Shown piece after piece: positions 10,212-21,596 of a stretch of DNA of 64,000 nucleotides; position 1 is the first letter of the stretch, and every line of letters begins with the position of its first letter. The position numbers were made by a program, and so were the translations under genes. The notes under the pieces are model-generated. The model ran no database searches. It saw only the letters and a list, made by a program, of their open reading frames with translations, and had not been told where the DNA came from. This DNA is from Candidatus Hydrogenedentota bacterium (lineage in GTDB: Bacteria > Hydrogenedentota > Hydrogenedentia > Hydrogenedentales > SLHB01). The DNA lies in NCBI GenBank assembly GCA_963745075.1, contig CAVUWV010000031.1, positions 1 through 64,000 of the forward strand, given 5' to 3'.

Positions 10212-11975
10212 CTATTCCGTAGCTTCAGCGGGATCGTCTTTGCCGTCGTTGTAGGCGAAGACAAGCTGCAAGAACGCGTACATGGCGACGACCAGCACTG
10301 CGGCGTACACGACGCCAATCTCCAAGGGCCAGATCGAGAGGGCGCCGACAAAGCCGGTCAGCATGATAAGTTCGCCAATACGCAGGGAGACCCGGTCGAG
10401 GCTGGTATCCAGGGGGGATTTCCGCCGTTGGGCGATTTGCCACGTCTTGTAGAGCGTGACGGCTACCACGAGGATGGCCGCGGGGATGAACAGCCATATC
10501 CGTTGTACCGGCCATTCGTATTGGCCCACGGCGTTTTCGTCGTAGAGTTGGAGAAACACGCCGAGCCGCGTCGTCGCACCGTGAAAAATGATGAAGAGGA
10601 AGTAGAACGCGGCGAAGACCAGGGATAGACTCTGCTGGCGGTCGTATACGGCCTCGGTTTCGCCGTTCCGGTTTGCTTCCAACGTGACCCAGCACACCGC
10701 GGCGAGGTACAGGGGCCCCAACAGCAGGCTGGCGTAGAAACCGTCTTCTTTCAGGAGGTACGCCCAGATCAGCGTCACCCCCCCCGCCGAGGCAAGCGGC
10801 CGCCACCACGCGTCCAGGCCGGTCCACATGGCGTCGGCAAGTCCTTCCATCGAGCGCGTGTCGCGGTGTTGCTTGTCGACCTTACGCAATGCCCAATACA
10901 ACGCGATGGCATACAGCACGCCGAGGTTGAACCCCGCATTGATTTCCCACATCTTCCACCAGTCAATGTAATCCGGCGCGTAGACGTATCCGAGGCACCA
11001 CAGGGCACTGAGCATCATGCCGAATCCAAAGCCGATACCGATGATCATGTTCATGGCCAGGGTCCATTTGTCTCGCTGGACCGCCGCGACGATCATGGCG
11101 CCCACGGCCCACGCGACCACGATGGCGTTCTGCGCGTTCGTATAGACCGTGCGGTCAAGATCCTTACCCAGTTGCCCGTCGAACAGTCCCAATCCATGTT
11201 CCGGACGGAACAACCACCATCCCATCCAAAGGAACAGGCAAGCGGAGTACACGACACTAAGGATGGATATGCCGCGTCCGATTCCGCGCAACGGGTGCCC
11301 GTTTCTGCGGAATGCCCAACTTACGGCGATCAGCGCGACGCATACGAGCCACGCTGCAATCATGAAGTGCTGTGTTTGAAAGAAATTCGGCTCCGGTACT
11401 GTAGTGCCCGGTACCGGTGTGTAGAGTTCGGGACTGAAATGAGGGAAGAACCAGCCGGGCCGTGCCTGGATCAACATACGGCCGAGCAATGCCGCACCCA
11501 AGGGCACAACAATACGCGCGAGCCAACGGTGCAGGGATTGCTTCCCACTCAGTACCCAACCCAAGGCGACACCACCCGGCGCACCCCAGGCGATCCCGCA
11601 GAGGAAGAACCAGAGATGCCCGACGGCCGGGTTGAGGGGGATGAGTCCGTCCTTGGTTTCGAAAGTACCGCGGATCCATCCCGTGTACTGGCCGTAGCCC
11701 CATTCACCGCCGATGGCGATGCCGAGTCCCAGCCACAACGCGACCCCTCGCGCATCGACGCCCCGGCACCGGCAGACCCAGTACCAAAGCAACCCATACG
11801 CCATCCCGGGAACGATGGCGCCGTCGATGCCGCCCCAGCCGGTCGTACCGCGGATTGCCCAGGCAATTCCGCCAACCGACCCGAAGAGCAGCGCCCACAG
11901 GATGAACTCGCGCAAGACACCTTTTGGTTTTTCAGCGTAATAGGCGTAGCGCCCCGGATCGGATACGGTCAGCAT
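10212..11975 (-). CDS. Polytopic membrane protein of unknown function (~587 aa)
   Basis: Start reassigned to ATG 11975 (MLTVSDPG); the ORF extension overlaps lexA antisense. More than 12 hydrophobic Gly/Trp-rich segments. Confidence 0.75.
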   Translation of the reverse strand: MLTVSDPGRYAYYAEKPKGVLREFILWALLFGSVGGIAWAIRGTTGWGGIDGAIVPGMAYGLLWYWVCRCRGVDARGVALWLGLGIAIGGEWGYGQYTGWIRGTFETKDGLIPLNPAVGHLWFFLCGIAWGAPGGVALGWVLSGKQSLHRWLARIVVPLGAALLGRMLIQARPGWFFPHFSPELYTPVPGTTVPEPNFFQTQHFMIAAWLVCVALIAVSWAFRRNGHPLRGIGRGISILSVVYSACLFLWMGWWLFRPEHGLGLFDGQLGKDLDRTVYTNAQNAIVVAWAVGAMIVAAVQRDKWTLAMNMIIGIGFGFGMMLSALWCLGYVYAPDYIDWWKMWEINAGFNLGVLYAIALYWALRKVDKQHRDTRSMEGLADAMWTGLDAWWRPLASAGGVTLIWAYLLKEDGFYASLLLGPLYLAAVCWVTLEANRNGETEAVYDRQQSLSLVFAAFYFLFIIFHGATTRLGVFLQLYDENAVGQYEWPVQRIWLFIPAAILVVAVTLYKTWQIAQRRKSPLDTSLDRVSLRIGELIMLTGFVGALSIWPLEIGVVYAAVLVVAMYAFLQLVFAYNDGKDDPAEATE

Positions 11976-12036
11976 GGCAATTCCCCGCGGTTGTTTCGTA
12001 GTACGGAGGCTGATGGTATCGCATCGTGGTGGGCGG

Positions 12037-12088
12037 GTCCATCTCCGTCCATCTCGTCCGTGTAAGTCCGTGTAAGTCCGTGTAAGTC
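12037..12088. repeat. Short tandem repeat GTCCATCTC x2 plus GTCCGTGTAA x3
   Basis: Directly visible in the divergent intergenic region. Confidence 0.85.
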
Positions 12089-12123
12089 TTCCCACAGACC
12101 CACACAAACTACGGCTCGCTTCA

Positions 12124-12152
12124 TTGCAAACCAGACAAATGTATGCTATCAT
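12124..12152 (+). promoter_or_regulatory. Sigma70 promoter of lexA with candidate operator; probably leaderless
   Basis: TTGCAA-17 bp-TATCAT with extended -10 TG; ATG begins 7 nt after the -10; spacer holds imperfect palindrome CAGAC-AAAT-GTATG. Confidence 0.65.
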
Positions 12153-12158
12153 GAAAAC

Positions 12159-12782
12159 ATGTCGCCACGGACACCGATAGGACAGACCCGGGATCGGGTG
12201 TATCGCTTTGTGCGGGAACGGCTTGCTGCCGGGATGCCGCCGACGGTGCGGGAAGTGCAGGAGGCCTTGGGCTTTCGCGCGGTGCAGACGGCGCGGGAGC
12301 ACCTGGAAAAGCTGGTGGCCGAAGGACGGCTGGCGAAGCTGCCGGGCAAGGCCCGGGGCTACGCTCTGCCGGAGCGGGATGCCGGACCACCGGCCGCGTT
12401 GATCCCCCTGCTGGGGCGGGTCCAGGCGGGCGGACTCCAGGCGGCCATCGAGGACCGCGAAGGGCACATCCCGGTGCGGGCCGCGTCGCCGGAGAACCTG
12501 TTCGCGCTCCGCATCCGGGGCGAAAGCATGACCGGCGCGGGCATTCTGCCCGGGGACATCGTCGTGGTGCGGTCGCAGCCCACGGCGGAGTCGGGTGACG
12601 TGGTGGTGGCCCTGGTCGACGACGAGGCTACGGTGAAGACCTTGCGCATTCGGCGGAAACGGATCGAACTGCATCCCGAGAACCCGGCCTTCGAGGTAAT
12701 CGTGCCACCGCCGGGCCAATGCCGGATTCTGGGCAAGGTCATCGAGGTGCGCCGGTATCTGGAGAAGGAAGGGATGTCATGA
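12159..12782 (+). CDS. lexA: LexA repressor
   Basis: PPTVREV wHTH, GRVQAG cleavage site (Ala-Gly), GESM catalytic Ser, ATVK catalytic Lys. Confidence 0.95.
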   Translation: MSPRTPIGQTRDRVYRFVRERLAAGMPPTVREVQEALGFRAVQTAREHLEKLVAEGRLAKLPGKARGYALPERDAGPPAALIPLLGRVQAGGLQAAIEDREGHIPVRAASPENLFALRIRGESMTGAGILPGDIVVVRSQPTAESGDVVVALVDDEATVKTLRIRRKRIELHPENPAFEVIVPPPGQCRILGKVIEVRRYLEKEGMS

Positions 12783-12830
12783 TGTACCGCAATCAAACGC
12801 TCCAGCATGCAAGCTCCTGCGAAGGTCCCC

Positions 12831-12922
12831 TCGTAATTCGTAATCGTGCTCGTTATCGTAATCGAATATTCCAAAACGCAGTCGATCCACACCGACTCAA
12901 GAACATCCCCCTTGATCCCCTT
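12831..12922. repeat. Family D (TCGTAA)n arm (12831-12867) and truncated family A left arm (12899-12922)
   Basis: TCGTAATTCGTAATCGTGCTCGTTATCGTAATCGAAT; AAGAACATCCCCCTTGATCCCC without its partner arm. Confidence 0.8.
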
Positions 12923-12956
12923 TTGGAGCGCTCAACTCCTAAAAGGGAACGTTTTA

Positions 12957-13691
12957 GGAGGGCGGGGTTTCCAACCCCCACTGGAGTTTCTACATTTGGT
13001 TCCCTGTCGAATTCCCCGAGGGGGTTTAACAGGACAGCCCAGGGCAACGCCCTGGGAAAGCGCATATCCCCATCTGGACCGCCCTGAAGGGGCAAAACAG
13101 GAGTGGTAAGCTCATGGCGCAATCCCTGACAGCGAACCTCATTCACCTCATCTACAGTACCAAGCACCGCGAAGCCCAACTTGCTGAGAGATCTGAGATT
13201 CGTCCCAAGCTGTTCGCGTACCAAGCAGGCATCTACAAGACACTTGACAGCCCCGCCATTGCGATCGGCGGAACGCAAGACCATATACACGCCTTGTTCA
13301 TCTTGTCGAAGACGCTTGCGCTGTGTGATCTAATCGAAGAGGTCAAGAAGGGATCATCCAAATGGCTCAAAACACAGGATACAGGATTTGCCGGATTCCG
13401 TTGGCAAAATGGATACGGGGCATTTTCCCTGAGCCAGTCCCACGTTGCCCAAGCGCGACGCTATATCGATGGACAAATCGAACATCATCAGACGCTCACG
13501 TTTCAAGAAGAGTTTCGATTGTTCCTGAAACGGTACGGGGTCAACTATGACGAACGATACGTTTGGGATTGACTTGATGTTTTGCCCTTTCAGGGCGGTG
13601 ATTATGGAACCGCACTCTTCCCAGGGCGTTGCCCTGGGCTGTCCTGTTTCGGCCCTTCGGGCCAGACCGGAATGTGGAAATCCCGCCCTCC
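12957..13691. mobile_element. REP-flanked Y1 transposase module (IS200/RAYT-like)
   Basis: Three nested inverted pairs flank tnpA: 12957-12973/13675-13691, perfect 31-bp 13028-13058/13618-13648, and 13079-13099/13578-13598. Confidence 0.85.
13114..13572 (+). CDS. tnpA: IS200/IS605-family Y1 (HUH) transposase
   Basis: HLIYSTKHR, DHIH (HUH), KKGSSKW, FRWQNGYGAFS, YIDGQ (catalytic Tyr); GGAG RBS. Confidence 0.92.
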   Translation: MAQSLTANLIHLIYSTKHREAQLAERSEIRPKLFAYQAGIYKTLDSPAIAIGGTQDHIHALFILSKTLALCDLIEEVKKGSSKWLKTQDTGFAGFRWQNGYGAFSLSQSHVAQARRYIDGQIEHHQTLTFQEEFRLFLKRYGVNYDERYVWD

Positions 13692-13722
13692 GGAAAAGGC
13701 GTTTCTCTCCAGACTTTTTGGG

Positions 13723-14366
13723 TGCATGACCATGGGCGCTTCACTCGCCATAGAAATTACAAACACCTCGCCCCGGCGGTCCGGCTGCTGGATGAACATC
13801 GGCCTTCCTACGACGGCGCATGGTCGCTGGACGCCATCGCGGGACGCTTCGTCGAAGTCACCGGGGCGGCGCAGACGGCCGCGTTGACGACGGCGGCAGG
13901 ACTCGTGTTGGAAACGCAACGGCGCGGCGAATGGGCCGCGTGGATTACGGGACCCCAATCGACGTTTTTCCCTCCGGACCTCGCGGCGTCGGGGATCGAT
14001 CTCGAGGCCTTGCCCGTGATCCGCATTCAGAACGCCAAACAGGCGTGGCGAGCGGCGGACACGCTGTTGCGCTGCGGCGGGTTTGCGCTGGTCGTGCTGG
14101 ACACGGGCGGGCGTTCCACGCTGCCCCTGTCCATTCAGACGCGGCTGGCGGGACTGGCCAAGAAACATCATGCGGCGTTGTTGCGCATTACGCGCGGTGA
14201 TGCCGATTCGGCGCGGGGTTCGCTGGTTTCGCTGCGGGGCGAAACCGGAAAACAGCGTACCCCGGACGACACCTTTACCTGCACGTTGCACGCGGTCAAG
14301 GACAAACAAGGAAAGCCAGGGTGGGTTCACACGGAGGTACGTCGTGGACCGGACGGCTTGTGTTAA
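13723..14366 (+). CDS. imuA: ImuA/RecA-like translesion accessory protein; start uncertain (GTG 13723, or ATG ~13732 with frameshift)
   Basis: GRFVEVTG, AAWI, FFPPDLAASGIDL, AADTLLRCGGFALVVLD; lies directly before imuB. Confidence 0.8.
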
Positions 14367-15828
14367 TGTCCCCGCGCTGCCTCTGCAGATGCTGTTGCGC
14401 GACCATCCCGACTGGGACGGCAAACCGGTGGCGGTGCTCGATCGCGACAAACCCCTCGGCATCATCCAATGGGTGAATGAACCCGCGCGGTCGCGCCGGA
14501 TTCTCCCCGGCATGCGGTACGCTACGGGTCTGTCGCTCGCGCGTGACCTCCGCGCCGGGGAGGTGCCCGAACCGGCCGTCGCGCAAACCGTCGAACTCCT
14601 CGCGCACCGGCTCTGGTGTTTCAGTCCCGGCATTCAGCCCTGTGCGGACGAACCCGGCGTGTTCTGGCTCGACGCGTCGGGCATGCTGGGACTGTATCCC
14701 TCGCTGGAACGCTGGGCGGAGTGCGTCCGCAACGATCTCCACGAAGCCGGGTTCTACGCGGTCGTGGTCGTGGGGTTTTCCCGCTTCGGAAGCTACGCCG
14801 CCGCCAAAGCGCGTTCGGGCGTGGTGCTGTTTTCGGATTCCGAGGAAGAACGCGCGCATCTGCGTGCAGTGCCGATTGCGCGGCTGGGCATCACGCCGGA
14901 CCTGCGCGACACCTTGTTCAAACTCGGAATCGAAACCCTGGGGCAGTTCGCCGATCTGCCCGCGGTGGGCATCCGCAAACGCTTCGGGCCCGACGCGGAG
15001 GAACTGCACCAACTCGCGCGCGGCGAAGGATGGGCGCCGCTTACGCCCCACCCCTTGCGCGAACCGATCGAACGCACGGTATACCTCGACTATCCCGAGA
15101 CCAACACGGAACGGTTACTGGTCGTCATCGAACCGTTGCTGCACGGGGTGCTCGACGATCTGCGCGCGCATCATGAATACCTCACGTCACTGCACCTCGC
15201 CATGGTCCTCGACAATCGCGACACCCGTGAGGAGGAACTGTCCCCTGCGACGCCGGTGAATGAAGCCGATCCCCTTCTCCCGCTAATCCGGCTTCGACTG
15301 GAATCGCTGGCGCTTACCTCCGGCGTGGTGGAACTGACGCTCCGCGCGGAAGGGGTGTCCTACGCGCCCGGCCAACTCGATCTCTTCCACGACAAACCCC
15401 AACGCAACCGGGACGCCATCCATCGCGCCTTTGCCGCCCTCCGCGCCGAACTCGGGAACGATGCCATCGTTCGTGCACACCTGCGCGAGGGCCATCTGCC
15501 CGAAGCGCGGTTCGATTGGGAGCCGTTGCACACCCTGTCGGCTCCCGAAGCACGACCCGTCGCGTCGCTGCCCCTCGTACGCCGCATCTTCTCCCCCGCC
15601 ATCGGCCTCGCGTCACCCGCGCGGCGCGAACCGGACGGATGGCTCATCGCACGGTTCCAGGATGGTCCCGTCGACGAAATCCTCGGGCCCTACCTCATGA
15701 CCGGCGGCTGGTGGACCCGCGAGATCGCCCGCGCCTATTACTACGTCCGCACGCGAAGCGGCCGGTGGTTGTGGATCTACAACGACCAGAAACGGCGGCG
15801 CTGGTTCCTCCAGGGAGAAGTGGAATGA
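14344..15828 (+). CDS. imuB: ImuB, Y-family polymerase-like protein
   Basis: GTG after GGAGG; GILPGM-like segment, [17 protein letters not shown]-terminal GPY..GGWW...RAYY. Confidence 0.88.
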   Translation: MDRTACVNVPALPLQMLLRDHPDWDGKPVAVLDRDKPLGIIQWVNEPARSRRILPGMRYATGLSLARDLRAGEVPEPAVAQTVELLAHRLWCFSPGIQPCADEPGVFWLDASGMLGLYPSLERWAECVRNDLHEAGFYAVVVVGFSRFGSYAAAKARSGVVLFSDSEEERAHLRAVPIARLGITPDLRDTLFKLGIETLGQFADLPAVGIRKRFGPDAEELHQLARGEGWAPLTPHPLREPIERTVYLDYPETNTERLLVVIEPLLHGVLDDLRAHHEYLTSLHLAMVLDNRDTREEELSPATPVNEADPLLPLIRLRLESLALTSGVVELTLRAEGVSYAPGQLDLFHDKPQRNRDAIHRAFAALRAELGNDAIVRAHLREGHLPEARFDWEPLHTLSAPEARPVASLPLVRRIFSPAIGLASPARREPDGWLIARFQDGPVDEILGPYLMTGGWWTREIARAYYYVRTRSGRWLWIYNDQKRRRWFLQGEVE

Positions 15829-18800
15829 ACGCACTAAATCCCCTCGCCGTGGGCGATGCGTACGTGCCTCTTTGGTGCAAGAGCAATTATTCTTTTCTCG
15901 AAGGCGCGAGCCATCCCGATGAACTCGTCGAGGAAGCGTACCGGCTTGGCCTTCGCTCGCTGGCCCTGACCGATCGCGACGGGGTCTACGGCATCGTGCG
16001 CGCGCATAAGAAAGCCCTCGAACTGGGCATCCATCTCATCATCGGCGCGGAGATCACCCTCGACGACGATTCGAATCTAGTCCTTCTCGCCATGAACCGG
16101 CAAGGCTATGGAAACCTGTGCCAGCTCATCTCGGCGGGACGCCTCCGTTCACCGAAAGGCACGAGCCGAGTGCGGTGGGACGAGGTCTGCCGCTACGCCG
16201 AAGGCCTCATCGCCCTCTGGGGCGGCGAACGCAGTCGCATCGCAAGCGAAGCCGACCCGGAAATTTTCGCGAAGCAACTGCGCGACGCCTTCGGTGATCG
16301 ACTCTACGCGCTGCTCACGCGCCACCGCGCCGCAGAAGATCCGCGCCGTGAACGGCGGGTCCGCGAACGCGCCCAACACTACGGCATCCCCACCGTGGCC
16401 GGGATGGAAGTGCTGTACCACACGCCCGCCCGGCGCGCGTTGCAGGACGTGCTCACCTGCATCCGCCACGGCGTGACGCTGCCGTCGGCGGGACAACGCA
16501 TCCGGCCCAATGCCGAACATGGCCTGCGCCCGCCGGAAGGCTTCGCCGCGCTGTACAACGACGACCCCGCGTCGGTCTATCGCACAGAAACCGTGGCCGA
16601 ACGCTGCCGGTTTAATCTTTCGGATCTGCGCTACCGCTACCCTTCGGAGCGACTGCCCTACGGCCAGTCGTCTTCGCAATGGCTACGCGAACTCACCCTG
16701 CGCGGCGCGCGGGAGCGCTATCCCAGAGGTATCCCCGACGACGTCATGCGGCAGGTCGAGAAAGAACTCGCGCTCATCCGCGAACTCGAGTACGACGGCT
16801 ATTTCCTCACCATGTGGGAGATCGTGCGGTACTGTCGCGAACAACGCATCCTCTGCCAGGGACGCGGCTCGGCGGCGAACTCGGCGGTGTGTTATTGCCT
16901 CGGCATCACGGCGGTCGATCCCGTGCGCATGGGACTGCTCTTCGAGCGGTTCCTGTCCAAGGAGCGCGCCGAACCGCCGGACATCGATCTCGACATCGAA
17001 CACGACCGCCGCGAAGAAGTCATTCAGCATGTCTACCGGAAATACGGACGGCGTCACGCGGCCATGGTCGCGAACGTCATCCGCTACCGCGCCAAGTCCG
17101 CCGTGCGCGAAGTGGGCAAAGTGCTCGGCCTACCCGAAACCGCCATCGAACGGTGCGCGAAGATGCTCTCCCACTACGAAGCCGTGTCGCCCGCCAGCGT
17201 GCGCGAAGCGGGCTTCGATCCCGACAACCCCACGCACCGGCATTTCCTGCGGTTGGCGGACGAGATTCAGGACGTGCCGCGCCATTTGTCCATCCATCCC
17301 GGCGGTTTTCTGTTGGGGCACGAACCGGTGGACACCCTCGTGCCCATCGAAAACGCGACCATGGAAAACCGCACCGTCATCCAGTGGGACAAGGACGACC
17401 TGGAGGACCTGGGCCTGTTCAAGGTGGACCTGCTCGGGCTGGGCGCGTTGAACGTGGTGCACCGCGCCTTCGACCTCATCGAAAAGCATCACGAGCGAAA
17501 CGCTGACCCTCGCCACCATTCCGCCGCAGGATGAACCGACTTTCGAAATGATCCGCAAGGGCGACACGGCCGGCGTGTTTCAAATCGAAAGCCGCGCGCA
17601 GATGGCCATGCTGCCGCGTCTGCGGCCGCGCAACTACTACGACCTCGTCATCGAAGTCAGCATCGTGCGGCCCGGCCCCATCACCGGCGGCATGGTGCAC
17701 CCCTACCTGCGGCGGCGCAACGGCGAAGAAGTCGTCGACTACCCGCACCCGTCGCTGGAACCGGTGTTGAAGAAGACCCTCGGCATTCCGCTGTTTCAGG
17801 AACAGGTCATGCAACTCGCCATCGTCGCCGCCGATTACACGCCCGGCGAGGCCGATCAACTCCGCCGCGACATGGCCGCGTGGCGCAAGTCCGGCCGCAT
17901 CGAACGGCACCGGCAACGCCTCGTCTCGCGGATGATCGCGAAGGGCATCGCGCAGGAATTTGCCGAACGGGTCTTCGAACAAATTCGCGGCTTCGGCGAA
18001 TACGGTTTCCCCGAAAGCCACGCCGCCAGTTTCGCGCTCATCGCCTACGCCACGTCCTATCTGCGCCGCCACTATCCCGCCGCGTACCTCTGCGCCATGC
18101 TCAACGCCCAGCCCATGGGATTTTACAGCCCCTCGACGCTGGTCGAAGACGGCAAACGCCACGGCGTGATCGGTGCGCCGGTCTGCGTGCAACGGAGCCA
18201 ATGGGAGTGCTCGTTAGAAACGGCAGACGGCAGCGGCGAAGGGTACGCCGTGCGCATGGGCTTGCGCTATGTGAAGAGCCTCGCCGAAATCGATGGACAA
18301 CGCATCGTCGCAGCGCGGCAGTCCGGGTTATTCACCTCCCTCGACGATTGCGTCACGCGCACGCGCCTCAACGAAGGCACGCTGGCTCGTCTCGCCGAAG
18401 CAGGGGCCTTGGAATCGTTTCGAAGCCGAACGGCGCAACGCCTTGTGGGACGTGCTGGGTCTGGACGAACGGCATTTCGAGCGGCTGCGTCTCGACACCG
18501 TCGAACCGCGTGCAAATTTCGCTCCCTTAAACGCCCTCGAAACCATCGACTGGGATTACGCCTTCACCTCGCACAGTCCCCGCGGCCATCCCCTCGAACC
18601 CTTCCGCGAAGAACTCACGCGCCAGAACCTGCCCGACGCCGCGACGCTCCACACCTTCAAGAACGGCCAACGCGTCCGCTACGCCGGCATGATCATCTGC
18701 CGCCAGCGCCCCGGCACCGCCAAAGGTGTCGTGTTCATGACCCTCGAAGACGAGACCGGCTTCGTCAACCTCGTGATCTGGGAACGCGTGTTCCGCGAAC

Positions 18801-18949
18801 ACGAAACCATCGCCAAAACCGCGTCCCTCCTCGGCGTCACCGGCAAACTCCAGTCGGATTCCGGCACCACCCACCTCGTCGCGGAAAAACTATGGTTACC
18901 GGAATTGGAAGCCGCCCCGCACGAAACGCGGAGCCGGGATTTTCATTGA
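15825..18949 (+). CDS. dnaE2: Error-prone DNA polymerase DnaE2 (ImuC), split by two frameshifts (~17495 and ~18428)
   Basis: ATGA overlap with imu[71 protein letters not shown], terminal SRDFH motif. Confidence 0.9.
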
Positions 18950-18950
18950 A
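18702..18950 (+). repeat. Direct repeat copy 1 (dnaE2 3' end)
   Basis: Matches 21597-21845 at offset 2895; 18707-18861 identical by eye. Confidence 0.95.
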
Positions 18951-19020
18951 ACGAAAAAAAGAGCGCAGACCTGTTCAAAGGCATACACAGACTGGTACGA
19001 TAGGCTTCATCACAGGAGAG

Positions 19021-20568
19021 ATGCTGATCGTGGCAACACAACACAACCGAACTAATCTGGCACTTGGGGCGCTTGCAGACGACACACGACTTCATGCCAG
19101 TAGCCAGCTTTCTGAAGCACACAAGAGCGCACATGGACAATACCTTACGCCTGGAAACGTCGCCGCATTCATGGCCTCACTGGTCCAAACACGTCGGCAT
19201 TGTATACGTGTATTGGACCCAGGCGCAGGGACGGGCTCACTATCCCTAGCGGTGGCCGAACACTTCGTAAACCGCAAGACAGCCCCGAAGAAGCTTCATA
19301 TAGTCTGTTATGAGATTGAGCCAACATTCTTGCCATTCTTGGACAAGAACCTAAAAAGCTGTGCCATCCGCTGTGCCAAGTCTGGAATCAACTTCACATT
19401 TGAAATCCGCACTCAGGACTTCCTTGCGGCCGCCGCCAACCTACTTGAGTGCGCGGTGTTTGGACTTCCGCCACAGGAGCAGTTCGACATAGCGATCTTA
19501 AACCCGCCATACAAGAAGATTGCCTCCAATTCGCGCGAGAGGCATATCCTTCGCGCCATTAGCCTTGAAACCGTTAACTTGTATGCTGGATTCTTGGCAG
19601 CGTCTGCATCGCTTCTAGCTGAAGGCGGTGAGCTAATCGCAATAACGCCTCGGAGTTTCTGTAACGGCCCATACTACCGAAGTTTTCGGCAGTATCTTCT
19701 CGAACGAATAACTCTCAAGCGTCTACATATATTTGACACTCGCGATACCGCGTTTCGAGACGACAAAGTGCTCCAGGAAACGCTCATAACGTATGCAAAG
19801 AAATCGACGGCGAGAGGTACCGTACGAATCACATTGAGCAATCGACCGGACGACCCAATACGATCGTCTCTGTCCATACCTCATGACGTTGTCGTTCTAC
19901 CGAATGACCGCGAAGTCTTCATCAGGTTACTAACGTCTCGCGAAGAACAATCCATCTCAGAGCAAATTGCCAGATTCCCTCACTCGCTGGCAGATATCGG
20001 ACTTGAAGTATCCACAGGACGGGTTGTCGACTTTCGTAGTCGTGAATACCTCTTGAAGAACCCATCTTCGGACGGGGTACCGCTGATTTATCCGGTACAT
20101 TTTCGAGACTGGGGAATCTCGTGGCCGATCCTCGAAGGCAAGAAGCCGAATGCAATACGGTCTTGTTTCCATACTGAAGCCATGTTATTGCCACCAGAGC
20201 GATTTGTCTTGACGAAGCGATTCTCCGCAAAAGAAGAGAAACGGAGACTGGTTGCTGTAGTCTACGATCCGAGGGTAATCGGCGATACACCAGTAGCCTT
20301 CGAGAATCACGTCAACTATTTCCATGCAGCAAATCGCGGGATCAAAGAAGACCTCGCATGGGGACTGGCCGCGTATTTGAACTCTTCATTACTGGATTCC
20401 TATTTTCGGACATTCAACGGTCACACCCAGGTGAACGCAACCGATCTGCGAAGCCTACCGTATCCGTCCACATCTCAACTTGAGCGCCTGGGGTGTTTCG
20501 CGAAGGCACATAAACCAGATGCGAGCGCGATTGACAACTACCTGCTCAAGGAAATTGGCGAGCCATGA
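19021..20568 (+). CDS. Type II N6-adenine DNA methyltransferase (BsuBI/PstI-like)
   Basis: [23 protein letters not shown] (motif I), ILNPPY (motif IV), [41 protein letters not shown]; lower GC than flanks. Confidence 0.9.
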   Translation: MLIVATQHNRTNLALGALADDTRLHASSQLSEAHKSAHGQYLTPGNVAAFMASLVQTRRHCIRVLDPGAGTGSLSLAVAEHFVNRKTAPKKLHIVCYEIEPTFLPFLDKNLKSCAIRCAKSGINFTFEIRTQDFLAAAANLLECAVFGLPPQEQFDIAILNPPYKKIASNSRERHILRAISLETVNLYAGFLAASASLLAEGGELIAITPRSFCNGPYYRSFRQYLLERITLKRLHIFDTRDTAFRDDKVLQETLITYAKKSTARGTVRITLSNRPDDPIRSSLSIPHDVVVLPNDREVFIRLLTSREEQSISEQIARFPHSLADIGLEVSTGRVVDFRSREYLLKNPSSDGVPLIYPVHFRDWGISWPILEGKKPNAIRSCFHTEAMLLPPERFVLTKRFSAKEEKRRLVAVVYDPRVIGDTPVAFENHVNYFHAANRGIKEDLAWGLAAYLNSSLLDSYFRTFNGHTQVNATDLRSLPYPSTSQLERLGCFAKAHKPDASAIDNYLLKEIGEP

Positions 20569-21531
20569 TCAGACGTAAAGCCAGTCGCGCCGAGAAGAAG
20601 ATCCGGGAAGCGACTGAGATCTTGCGCATATTGGGACTACCACCGGAGCAACAAAATGACCGATCAGCGCTAACTCTACTTGCGCTCCTGGATCTCAAGC
20701 CTAGCGGAAAGTGGATAGACGCAAGAGCGCACCTGATTGGTGTAACCCCCATAATGGAGTTTATCGAACGCGAATACGCTAAGAAATACGCTCCAAACAC
20801 CCGAGAAACCATCCGTCGTTTCACACTTCATCAGTTTGTACAAGCCGGTATCGTCGAACGAAATCCAGACGACCCCAAACGCCCCACCAACAGCCCGAAC
20901 AACGTGTATCAAATCGATGACAACGTCCTACACTTGCTTCATACTTGTGGAACCGGACAATGGAAGAGCGAACTTGAGGAATACTTGAGCAAGGTGGAGG
21001 CGCTACGGACCAAATACGCTCGCGCGCGCAAAATGGCCCGGATTCCACTCAGACTTCCAAGTGGCAAGAAGATCTCGCTTTCCCCTGGTGGCCAAAACGT
21101 ACTGGTTCGACAAATCATCGAGGAATTCTGTCCACGCTTCACTCCGGAGGCAATAGCTGTCTACGTCGGAGATACGGACAAGAAGTGGGCGTTTTTCGAT
21201 GCCAAGGTCTTGAGTAGTCTTGGAGTGACCATCGAAGGACACGGAAAGATCCCGGAACGTCGTGGTATATCTCCCCGACAAGCGTTGGATCGTGCTTATC
21301 GAGGCTGTGACAAGCCATGGCCCTGTAAACCCGAAGCGATACGAGGAATTGACGACTCTGTTTTCTGACTGTACGGCTGGCCTAGTTTTCGTGACCGCAT
21401 TTCCCAACACCAAGACATTCACCAAATACGCGACGGAGATCGCGTGGGAAACCGAAGTGTGGATCGCAGAGCACCCAACACACTTGATTCACTACAATGG
21501 CTTCAGGTTTCTGGGCCCATATGACGATTGA
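20565..21531 (+). CDS. BsuBI/PstI-family type II restriction endonuclease; frameshift near 21257
   Basis: ATGA overlap; [34 protein letters not shown](D), [18 protein letters not shown] in two frames. Confidence 0.88.
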
Positions 21532-21596
21532 TTGTCTGCATGGGGAAGCACTTCGTTGGTAACGTGCGAGGAGGTCCCAGGGTTCAATTCTTAGTG

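Noticed and set aside
11976..12719. 250-aa N-terminal extension of the membrane protein
   Set aside because: Antisense shadow of lexA, running through the promoter and tandem repeat.
15825..18949. Programmed frameshifting or true inactivation of dnaE2 (likewise xylB, GH78)
   Set aside because: No slippery sites recognised; single-base indels recur in unrelated genes, so sequencing error is the simpler explanation. Cannot be settled without reads.
17548..20568. Apparent 1006-aa DnaE2-methyltransferase fusion in the ORF track
   Set aside because: Artefact of the frameshift at ~18428: the DnaE2 C-terminus is in another frame ending at 18949, the linker is nonsense sequence, and the MTase has its own RBS/ATG at 19021.
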